Below, piece by piece: positions 8,007 to 15,054 of a stretch of 29,691 nucleotides of DNA. The notes beneath the pieces were generated by a model. The model did not search any database. It saw only the letters and a list, made by a program, of their open reading frames with translations, and had not been told where the DNA came from. The stretch spans positions 1-29,691 of the forward strand of contig CAZSME010000001.1 of NCBI GenBank assembly GCA_964607665.1, in the 5' to 3' direction. The DNA comes from an uncultured Nitrospirota bacterium. Its GTDB lineage: Bacteria; Nitrospirota; Nitrospiria; SBBL01; SBBA01. The position numbers and the translations under genes were made by a program. Positions within the stretch are counted from its first letter, which is position 1; each line of letters begins with the position of its first letter.

Positions 8007-8288
8007 ATGTGGCGCATCGAAGAACACCGCCGAGTAGACAAGCAGGTTGCGACCATTCCGAAGGATATTCTCAAGCGATATGAAAAATGGAAGGACATCG
8101 CCAAAATATCCGGTCCGCTTGGGCTTCGTCTTATTCGAGGATTGAATGACGAAGCGCTTCTCGGTGAATGGCGCGGCTATCGCTCATCTCGGCTTGGGCT
8201 TCAGTGGCGTGTTATTTATCGCATCGTTGCTGAAAAACGGCTGTTCCAAATCGCTTCGATAACCGCCCATGATTATCGGAGACCATAA
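8007..8288 (+). CDS. Type II toxin, RelE/HigB/YafQ-like mRNA interferase
   Basis: 93 aa, basic; DEAL.GEW.GYRSSRLGLQWRVIY pattern; directly upstream of an HTH gene. Confidence 0.85.
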   Translation: MWRIEEHRRVDKQVATIPKDILKRYEKWKDIAKISGPLGLRLIRGLNDEALLGEWRGYRSSRLGLQWRVIYRIVAEKRLFQIASITAHDYRRP

Positions 8289-8546
8289 ATGAAAGAGTAT
8301 CGTCCTGCAAAAAAGCGCATCGATGTTTCGGTGGGCGAATCCGTACGAATTCTGCGTGAGCTTCAAGAGCTAAGCCAAAGCCAACTCGCTCGCCGGACCG
8401 GTATTCCACAGGCGACCCTCTCGGCCATTGAGAATGATCGGGTTCGATTAGGTGTGGAACGGGCCAAAGTGCTTGCCAAGGCACTCAAATGCCATCCAGG
8501 GGTTCTTGTGTTTCCGGGTTGGGAACTTCCTAAAGCAGCGGCATAA
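8289..8546 (+). CDS. XRE-family HTH antitoxin (HigA-like)
   Basis: VGESVRILRELQELSQSQLARRTGIPQATLSAIENDR..LGVERAKVLAKAL is an HTH_3 pattern. Toxin-first order with a TAA-ATG junction. Confidence 0.88.
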   Translation: MKEYRPAKKRIDVSVGESVRILRELQELSQSQLARRTGIPQATLSAIENDRVRLGVERAKVLAKALKCHPGVLVFPGWELPKAAA

Positions 8547-8583
8547 CACGTCATTGGGCCTAACAGGACAAAGTGACCACAGA

Positions 8584-8612
8584 TTGAAACCCAATCGGAC
8601 CTGCTCTATCAT
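8584..8612 (+). promoter_or_regulatory. Sigma70-type promoter for the cytochrome c gene
   Basis: TTGAAA (8584-8589), 17 bp spacer, TATCAT (8607-8612). Confidence 0.6.
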
Positions 8613-8653
8613 CCCCGCCATTGACAAGCGGCCTCGCTCTGATGTAAAAACGG

Positions 8654-8678
8654 CTTCCCCCGTTGGGAAAGGATGGGG
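8654..8678. repeat. Degenerate family B-like repeat
   Basis: CTTCCCCCGTTGGGAAAGGATGGGG resembles the 13767-13803 copy. Confidence 0.4.
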
Positions 8679-8707
8679 TCCACTTCAACTTAATTAAGGA
8701 GAGACGG

Positions 8708-9241
8708 ATGAAAATCTTTTTGTTGAGTGTCTTGATGTTGGGATTGACTGTGACCACCTACGCGCAACCGGTGAAGACCGAGCATGATCCATTAAAGCCG
8801 CGGGTCCCACCCGATGAGATTGCGAAGGCAAAAGCGATGAAACCACCGATTCCCGCGACGCCTGAAAATATCGCGGCTGGCAAAGCGCTCTTTACCGGAA
8901 AGGCCACCTGTTTTATCTGCCACGGAATGGAAGGAAAAGGAGACGGGCCATTGGTGATGACCGATCAAGTAACCATTAAGCCTCGCGATTTCACGAATCC
9001 AGCGTTTCACAAGGCAAAGACCTGCGGAGAAATGTTCTGGACCGCCTCCAATGGATCAAAAGGCGATTTTTCCAAGAAGGACGCTCCAAGCCATCCCAAA
9101 GGAACCGGTATGCGGGTTTATCTGATCGGCTCGAAAAATATATTGAAAATGCCGACCATCGACGTGACCCCAACCGTCACGGAGAAAGAGCTCTGGCAGA
9201 TCGTTTTATTTGAACGAAGCCTGGGCAAAGGCACCTGCTAG
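8708..9241 (+). CDS. Periplasmic monoheme cytochrome c
   Basis: Signal peptide MKIFLLSVLMLGLTVTTYA, heme motif CFICH, G.GDGP, PRDFT, and candidate axial Met in GTGM. SD AAGGAG precedes ATG 8708. Confidence 0.92.
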   Translation: MKIFLLSVLMLGLTVTTYAQPVKTEHDPLKPRVPPDEIAKAKAMKPPIPATPENIAAGKALFTGKATCFICHGMEGKGDGPLVMTDQVTIKPRDFTNPAFHKAKTCGEMFWTASNGSKGDFSKKDAPSHPKGTGMRVYLIGSKNILKMPTIDVTPTVTEKELWQIVLFERSLGKGTC

Positions 9242-9277
9242 TGCAATGAATCCAACACTTCTTTACATCTGAATGCT

Positions 9278-9308
9278 GTCATTCCGGCATGATTCTAGCC
9301 GGAATGAC
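9278..9308. repeat. Family A repeat, minimal (internally deleted) copy
   Basis: Perfect 11-bp stem GTCATTCCGGC-ATGATTCTA-GCCGGAATGAC. Confidence 0.85.
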
Positions 9309-9351
9309 GAGATAGGTGGGGATGGGTCATGTGAATGGGGTAAAGTCATCA

Positions 9352-10815
9352 ATGACCCGGTCTCTGCTCTCGGTACCCATCGTTCGATCCGTTCCCACAG
9401 GCTCTCTTTCTGCTACCGCACTCTTTTCCGCACTGAAAGCCCCCTTTCTTTTTGAAGGGATGCCCGGAGGCTGGTTCGACGGCCGCTATTCCGTCATCGG
9501 CCTTTCCCCGTTTGCCGTTTTTAAAAGCGAGGACAAAGTCGCCTCGTTTGAATTTGCAATCAGCCCCGATCGAAAACGGAAAGAGGTTTACCATACCCGC
9601 GATCCCCTTGCTGTTCTACAACGCTGTCTCAATCGGTTCCGCTCCGTCCCTCTCCCTACGGGGCAACACCCTTCCCTTCCATTCGCACAAGGCGGAGCGG
9701 TCGGTTTTATTAGCTACGGATTGATCCGACAGTACGAACCGGTACCACCCCATCCAGAGGAAGATGACTCCCTGGCCGACATCCACCTCCTGTTTGTAAA
9801 CGGCGCTGTTCTCTTTGATCAGGCCCAACAGACCATTCAAATCGTTTATGATCCGGCCTTGTTGACCGCAGTAGGATGGAAAGAGGAAGAGGCCAATCAA
9901 GAAGGATACCGAAAAATCGATGCCTTGGAGAAAACGATTGCGACGATACAAAACCCGGTCACGCACGGGTTTCAGATTTCCGAGATAAAAAATAGGCTTT
10001 CGAAAGAAGACTATGTCGCAATGGTAAGACGGGCAAAGGAATATATCGCGGCGGGTGATATCTTTCAGGCCAATCTTTCGCATCGTTTTAATGCGACATT
10101 TGAAGGGCCCTCTATTTTCCCGCTCTATCAGCGTCTGCGCGCGATCAATCCGTCGCCGTTTTCCGCCTATCTCAACATCGGTCCTCTGGAAATCGCCAGC
10201 GGATCACCTGAACGATTGGTCCGTGTAAGAACAACAGACGGAGAGCGAATTGTGGATACCCGGCCGATTGCCGGAACCTGTCCCCGTGGGAAGACAGAGG
10301 AAGAAGACACCAAGCGAATTGCGGCCATGTACGGAAGCGAAAAGGAACGCGCCGAACATCTCATGCTGGTGGATCTGGAACGAAACGACTTGGGAAAAGT
10401 CGCGCGGTACGGCAGCGTCAAGGTGGACGGGCTAATGACCTTAGAGCGATACTCCCATCTCTCCCACCTCGTCTCCAACATAACGGGAACGCTGCGAAAC
10501 GGGGTCTCCGAAACCGACGTCCTGCGTGCCCTTTTCCCCGGCGGTACGATTACCGGTGTTCCCAAGGTGCGTTGCATGCAAATTATCGCCGAGCTGGAAG
10601 CCCAGGCCCGCGGCCTTTACACCGGCTCGCTCGGCTATATCGACTTTTCCGGAGAACTTGATTTTAATATCATCATACGAACCTTTATCCGGCGAAAAAA
10701 CGAACTCTCGTTTCAGGTCGGCGCCGGTATTGTGGCCGATTCCGATCCGGAAATGGAATATCAGGAAACGCTTCAAAAGGCCGCGGCGTTAATCCGCGCG
10801 CTGGACGCCTCCTAA
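9352..10815 (+). CDS. pabB: Aminodeoxychorismate synthase component I (anthranilate synthase component I family)
   Basis: AGDIFQANLS, NPSPFSAYL, SGSPERLV, TRPIAGT.PRG, KERAEHLMLVDLERNDLGKV, FPGGTITGVPK, YTGSLG, FNIIIRT, GAGIVADS; adjacent to pabC. Alternative GTG start at 9316. Confidence 0.88.
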   Translation: MTRSLLSVPIVRSVPTGSLSATALFSALKAPFLFEGMPGGWFDGRYSVIGLSPFAVFKSEDKVASFEFAISPDRKRKEVYHTRDPLAVLQRCLNRFRSVPLPTGQHPSLPFAQGGAVGFISYGLIRQYEPVPPHPEEDDSLADIHLLFVNGAVLFDQAQQTIQIVYDPALLTAVGWKEEEANQEGYRKIDALEKTIATIQNPVTHGFQISEIKNRLSKEDYVAMVRRAKEYIAAGDIFQANLSHRFNATFEGPSIFPLYQRLRAINPSPFSAYLNIGPLEIASGSPERLVRVRTTDGERIVDTRPIAGTCPRGKTEEEDTKRIAAMYGSEKERAEHLMLVDLERNDLGKVARYGSVKVDGLMTLERYSHLSHLVSNITGTLRNGVSETDVLRALFPGGTITGVPKVRCMQIIAELEAQARGLYTGSLGYIDFSGELDFNIIIRTFIRRKNELSFQVGAGIVADSDPEMEYQETLQKAAALIRALDAS

Positions 10816-11681
10816 TGTGGGTCTATCTTCAAGATCGTTTTGTCTCGGAAGAAAAAGCGGTCGTCTCGGTCTTCGATCGCGGCTTTCTTTATGGCGATGG
10901 GCTGTTTGAAACCGTCCGCGCTTACAAAGGTAAAATAGCGCTGTTGCCCCAGCATCTGCAACGACTCACCCACGCGGCCAACCGAATCGCCCTTCCGATT
11001 CCACCGTCTGATCAATTAGAAGCGCTGCTTTACGAGACGTTAAACCGTAACCGTCTTCGTGATACCCTGCTTCGCCTGACGATCACAAGGGGGGTACCCC
11101 AACCGATCGATCCCTTTCGCAAAGGGCAAGGGGGAAAGGCCCCGGGCCTCCCGATTCACCCCACGCTTGTTATTTTTCCGCGGCCCTGTGACTATTCCAA
11201 TATGTTGTACAAAAAGGGGGTGATTGGCCAGATCGTCACGATTCAGCGTAATGCGAAAGGGGCGCAGGACCCGGCATTCAAGTCGATTAGTTTCTTGAAC
11301 AATGTTCTCGCAAGGCAGGAGGCGGCCTCCGCGTTTGAAGCGATTCTGTTAAACCACGATGGCTATCTCGCCGAAGGGAGTATCAGCAATCTCTTTTGGG
11401 TTCGAGATGGAAGACTCTATACCCCGGACCTATCGGTTGGGATTTTAGCCGGAACCCGGCGTGCCCTTGTGATCGAATTAGCAAAGGAAAATAAAATAGA
11501 AGTACAGGAGGGCTGTTATCGCATCGGGGACTTCTTCCATGCGGACGAGGCGTTTTTAACCAATACCGGTTTTGAGCTGATGCCGTTGATACAGGTGAAT
11601 GAACGAAAGATCGGGCCCGGCCACCCGGGGCTGATCACTCGGCGGCTGCATGATGCCTTTAAGAGACGGATCAAACAATAG
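10815..11681 (+). CDS. pabC: Aminodeoxychorismate lyase / class IV PLP aminotransferase
   Basis: DRGFLYGDGLFET, HLQRL, LRLTITRG, catalytic Lys in AFKSISFLNN, EGSISNLF, DEAFLTNT. TAATG coupling to pabB. Confidence 0.85.
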   Translation: MWVYLQDRFVSEEKAVVSVFDRGFLYGDGLFETVRAYKGKIALLPQHLQRLTHAANRIALPIPPSDQLEALLYETLNRNRLRDTLLRLTITRGVPQPIDPFRKGQGGKAPGLPIHPTLVIFPRPCDYSNMLYKKGVIGQIVTIQRNAKGAQDPAFKSISFLNNVLARQEAASAFEAILLNHDGYLAEGSISNLFWVRDGRLYTPDLSVGILAGTRRALVIELAKENKIEVQEGCYRIGDFFHADEAFLTNTGFELMPLIQVNERKIGPGHPGLITRRLHDAFKRRIKQ

Positions 11682-12969
11682 GCGAGACCTTTTCCGTTTC
11701 CTTCTCGACCTTCACCTTGCTCACGCGGTGGCCGTCCATATCCACGACAGTAAATTTGTATTCCCCGTGACGGACAATCTCGCCCGGTTTGGGAAGGGCC
11801 TGCATCTGGGCCAGGACAAACCCGCCAATCGTCTCATAATCGGGCGATTCGGGCAGATGAAGATCATAATCGCTAATTAACTCTCGAATTGCAAACGACG
11901 CGTCCACCACCCAGGAACCGTCTCGCAATCGTTCCACCGGCCGCTCCTCAACATCCGACTCATCGTGGATTTCGCCTACGATCTCTTCCACCAAATCTTC
12001 CATTGTGACTAACCCGTCGACCAGGCCATATTCGTTGACCACAATTGCCATCTGCGCGCGCCGGCGTTGAAACTCCTTTAGAAGATGACTCACCTGCATC
12101 GTTTCGGGCACAAAATAGGCCGACGTTAAAAGCTCACTTAACACAAACGGTTTTTTCCCCGTCAATGTGGTGAGAAGGTCTTTAAATAACAAAATGCCGA
12201 CAATCTCATTGAGGTTATTTTTATAGACCGGATATCGGGAGAACTTATTTTCCTGAAGATAGGCCATGACCTCCTCGCGGGGGGTATCGATTTGAATCGC
12301 ATGAATCTTGGGTCGAGGGATCATCACCTCCTTCACCGAAATGTCGTTGAATTCAAACACCGATCGAATCAGCTCCTGTTCTGTTTGGTCAAACACCCCC
12401 TCTTTTTGGCCCTCTTTCAGCAGCCATTTAATTTCTTCCTCCGAGGCGAAACTTCTCGGTACGATCTTCCCTCCAAACGGTTTCATAAAAAAGAGTACGG
12501 TAACGGTAAGAAAGTTCACCGCGGGTCGAAGCGTTTGCGACAAAAGATAAAACGGTTTGGCCGCGACCAGCGCGATCGGACCGGGATATTTAAGGGCAAG
12601 GGCTTTCGGAACCAGTTCGCCTAAGACAAGCGACAGGTAAGAGATCACACAAACAACAATGGTCAGGGCAATCGCTCGACTAAACGTGCCGATATACGGA
12701 ATCCCTTCCACCCAGGGGCGAATCAACTCCACCGCGCTCGCGCCGCCGACGGCCGCGGCGGCCGAACCAAATAAGGTCACGCCAATCTGTATTGTGGAGA
12801 GAAACCGCTCCGGATCGTTTTGGAGTTGTTGTAAGAGCGAGACGCTCTGTTTCCCTTCTTCGGAAAGAGGCGTGATATTGCTTTGCCGGGCCGTAATCAC
12901 GGCCATTTCAGCGCATGAGAAGAACCCATTTGCCAAAATCAAAAGAAGGATAAGAACGATTTCAAACAT
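11671..12969 (-). CDS. Hemolysin-family CNNM (DUF21)-CBS-CorC/HlyC protein
   Basis: NGFFSCAEMA, TIQIGVT, LGELVPKALA, VKEVMIPR, FSRYPVY, VVNEYG..DGLVTMEDLVEEIVGEI.DE, YETIGGF. Confidence 0.95.
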   Translation of the reverse strand: MFEIVLILLLILANGFFSCAEMAVITARQSNITPLSEEGKQSVSLLQQLQNDPERFLSTIQIGVTLFGSAAAAVGGASAVELIRPWVEGIPYIGTFSRAIALTIVVCVISYLSLVLGELVPKALALKYPGPIALVAAKPFYLLSQTLRPAVNFLTVTVLFFMKPFGGKIVPRSFASEEEIKWLLKEGQKEGVFDQTEQELIRSVFEFNDISVKEVMIPRPKIHAIQIDTPREEVMAYLQENKFSRYPVYKNNLNEIVGILLFKDLLTTLTGKKPFVLSELLTSAYFVPETMQVSHLLKEFQRRRAQMAIVVNEYGLVDGLVTMEDLVEEIVGEIHDESDVEERPVERLRDGSWVVDASFAIRELISDYDLHLPESPDYETIGGFVLAQMQALPKPGEIVRHGEYKFTVVDMDGHRVSKVKVEKETEKVSPIV

Positions 12970-12987
12970 CAGAAACCTTCCGCCCCA

Positions 12988-13016
12988 ATGGTATCACACC
13001 CCCATTTTATTGGCAA
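12988..13016 (-). promoter_or_regulatory. Sigma70-type promoter of the CNNM gene
   Basis: Minus strand TTGCCA-N17-TACCAT with an extended TGn before the -10. Confidence 0.55.
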
Positions 13017-13041
13017 TTTCAAAGGGGCAGCCGGTGTGAAG

Positions 13042-13740
13042 TTAGGCCGCGGCAAACTGCGCCTTATGGTTTGTATAATGTTTTCCCATCACCGAGTTGG
13101 CGTCGAGCACTTCGGTCAGCTTTTGGACCACACCCTCCCATTTTTCCGCCGGAATGGCGACATACATTTCATGATCGGGGAGGCCGGTGAATGTCCGGTT
13201 CCCTTTGCAACCCAACGAAATGGCGGTCTGTCCGTTTCCCATCGTCAGCGGTAAGATCGCACAGGCCGGACGGCCCAACGCATTCGTCAGCGCGTTGCCC
13301 GCCCCGGCCTTGATCACCGATTCGTACACCAGCATCGCCTGCGCCGGATTTGCAGCGATCAACACAAGATCCGGATTGAAACCGGCCTGATCCACCGGGC
13401 CATAGGCCACAACAGCGGGGGAGGTCTTCAAGGTGGGAATACCCGGCACTTCCGACATCGCAACATAGTTGTTCTCTGTCATAAACCCAATCGTATCGTT
13501 CAATTCATGCGCGCGCTCTTGTGATAAGGGAATGTTGTGGGTGTAGCTTCCGACGGCGCAGTTGAAATGATCGGAGGGAACAGTATAGAAGGTTTGCCCG
13601 CTCATCGCCTTCTGCCAGAAGACACAACCGGCCGGTACGGCATCCCCGTTCCATTGGGGAACACCTGCCGGAGGTGATGCCAAAAATCCAATCGCGATCG
13701 GTGTCTTACTTAATCCAAGCATTTCCTTAATGTTTTTCAT
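13042..13740 (-). CDS. DUF169 family protein
   Basis: LGL...PIAIGF, CVFWQKA..G, FNCAVG, RPACA, SLGCKGNR...L...EMYVAIP. Start is 13740 or 13755. Confidence 0.8.
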   Translation of the reverse strand: MKNIKEMLGLSKTPIAIGFLASPPAGVPQWNGDAVPAGCVFWQKAMSGQTFYTVPSDHFNCAVGSYTHNIPLSQERAHELNDTIGFMTENNYVAMSEVPGIPTLKTSPAVVAYGPVDQAGFNPDLVLIAANPAQAMLVYESVIKAGAGNALTNALGRPACAILPLTMGNGQTAISLGCKGNRTFTGLPDHEMYVAIPAEKWEGVVQKLTEVLDANSVMGKHYTNHKAQFAAA

Positions 13741-13766
13741 CTTATACCTTTTCACCTTTTCTTCTC

Positions 13767-13803
13767 TCCTCTCCCCCCGTGGGAGAGGGCCAGAGTAAGG
13801 GGG
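13767..13803. repeat. Family B-like repeat (CTCTCCCC..GGGAGAG + G-rich tail)
   Basis: TCCTCTCCCCCCGTGGGAGAGGGCCAGAGTAAGGGGG in the 5' leader of the DUF169 gene. Confidence 0.7.
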
Positions 13804-13826
13804 ATCGCCTCTGTATTCGATTGCGC

Positions 13827-13855
13827 ACTATATCACATCATCAGGCGGAGTTCGA
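13827..13855 (-). promoter_or_regulatory. Extended -10 promoter of the DUF169 gene
   Basis: Minus strand TGA-TATAGT (-10 at 13827-13832); weak -35 TCGAAC at 17 bp. Confidence 0.45.
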
Positions 13856-13885
13856 GATGAATCAGCATGCAGCCACCGCGGGCGC

Positions 13886-14380
13886 CTAACGATAGTTGGT
13901 AAATTGGAGATCGATGCCGAAATCTTTTGATTTGACAAACTGGATGACGGCCTGAAGCTCATCTTTGGCCTTGCTCAAAACACGAATCTGATCCCCCTGA
14001 ATCTGTGTTTGGGCCTTGAACTTGGCATCTCGAATCGCCTTGGAAATCTCTTTTGCCTTCTCCGGGGCAATCCCCTGTTGAATCGTAACGGCCTGCCGCA
14101 CCGTGCCGCCCAATGCCGCTTCCAGCTTTTCATAAACCAGCGCCTTCAGGGAGACACCGCGTTTTACAAGTTTGGATTGAAAGATATCCAGAACCGCCTT
14201 CAATTTATATTCATCATCGGCGGTGACGATTACCTTGTTTGCGCTCTCTAAAAAAATGTCGTTCTTCGCCCCCTTCAGATCAAACCGTTGGCGAATCTCT
14301 TTACTTGCCTGCTCCACGGCATTTTTGATCTCCTGCTCCTGCACAATCGAGGTCATATCAAACGAAAAGTTATCGGCCAT
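13886..14380 (-). CDS. yajQ: YajQ family nucleotide/c-di-GMP-binding protein
   Basis: SFDMTS, NAVEQASKEI.QRFDLKG, KLVKRGVS, QQGI..EKAKEI, QIQGDQIRV.SK.KDELQ, LQFTNYR. Confidence 0.97.
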   Translation of the reverse strand: MADNFSFDMTSIVQEQEIKNAVEQASKEIRQRFDLKGAKNDIFLESANKVIVTADDEYKLKAVLDIFQSKLVKRGVSLKALVYEKLEAALGGTVRQAVTIQQGIAPEKAKEISKAIRDAKFKAQTQIQGDQIRVLSKAKDELQAVIQFVKSKDFGIDLQFTNYR

Positions 14381-14434
14381 CGGACTATCCCTTTCAAAAT
14401 CGCCGGTCTATCCTGGTACTATCTCCGCACTAAA

Positions 14435-14465
14435 CCTCCCCCGCCCAGGGGAGGACCGAAGTGGG
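14435..14465. repeat. Family B-like hairpin downstream of tRNA-Glu
   Basis: CCTCCCC-CGCCCA-GGGGAGG followed by ACCGAAGTGGG; may also act as a processing or termination hairpin. Confidence 0.5.
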
Positions 14466-14470
14466 CGATC

Positions 14471-14545
14471 TGGTCCCAACGGGATTCGAACCCGTGTTTA
14501 TGCCTTGAGAGGGCACCGTCCTAGGCCGGGCTAGACGATGGGACC
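14471..14545 (-). tRNA. tRNA-Glu (anticodon CUC)
   Basis: Reverse complement GGTCCCA...GTGCC-CTCTCAA-GGCAT...ACGGG-TTCGAAT-CCCGT-TGGGACC-A forms a full cloverleaf; CCA not encoded. Confidence 0.97.
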
Positions 14546-14550
14546 CGCCC

Positions 14551-14642
14551 TGAATTTATGATTTAAGATTTAAGATTGATGATTTAAAATCGGAAATCGA
14601 AAATCTTAAATCATAAATCGAAAATCGTAAATCACAAATCCT
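14551..14642. repeat. Inverted heptamer tandem arrays (NNGATTT x5 / AAATCNN x8)
   Basis: TGAATTT ATGATTT AAGATTT AAGATTG ATGATTT, then A, then AAATCGG AAATCGA AAATCTT AAATCAT AAATCGA AAATCGT AAATCAC AAATCCT. Confidence 0.92.
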
Positions 14643-14941
14643 CAACAAACCTCAATCTCGTAAGTTAATCGCTGCTCTGCGGAAAACTTCCAGCCGTACC
14701 GCGATTCAAACACAATCGGACATTTGCCCGATTTCATCGCGACAAACTCAAAGTACCGCATCCCGATATCACTGACCCGAATGTTCCGCGTCCGATCGTA
14801 ATCATCTCCCAGAAGCCGCAACAACGCGGTATCAAAGGTCGGCGTCCATCGGCTACCTCGTGTTCGGTCTTCCCAGATCCGAATTTTGAACGGCTCGCCA
14901 ACACGCGCCCGAATCTGTTTTACAGGAACATCTGTTTCCAT
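14642..14941 (-). CDS. Protease inhibitor I42 (chagasin)-like protein
   Basis: 99 aa, beta-rich; VGEPFKI.I.E...G..W, G.RYFEF.A.KSG...I.F...Y.W pattern; no signal peptide. Confidence 0.7.
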   Translation of the reverse strand: METDVPVKQIRARVGEPFKIRIWEDRTRGSRWTPTFDTALLRLLGDDYDRTRNIRVSDIGMRYFEFVAMKSGKCPIVFESRYGWKFSAEQRLTYEIEVC

Positions 14942-15054
14942 GGTCAGACTCTAAGCCGCAACCGGCGGCAGCGAACGAACCGCTCCCGCTGGTCGCGGTG
15001 AAAAGATAATCCCCACTTCTCTCCCTTCAATCACCCGCACAGACTCTAATTAAA

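Noticed and set aside
8540-8570. GCATAAC/GCCTAAC motifs after the antitoxin stop, resembling an integron attC R'' box
   Set aside because: No matching GTTRRRY R' box or paired L boxes downstream, no integrase and no cassette array; at most a remnant.
11671-11681. 11-nt convergent overlap of pabC and the CNNM gene
   Set aside because: Short tail-to-tail overlaps are common and imply nothing specific.
9352-11681. Absence of pabA/trpG beside pabB-pabC
   Set aside because: The glutamine amidotransferase subunit is often shared with the trp genes and encoded elsewhere.
14551-14642. Heptamer array or family A/B repeats as a CRISPR array
   Set aside because: No constant repeat with unique spacers of regular length, and no cas genes.
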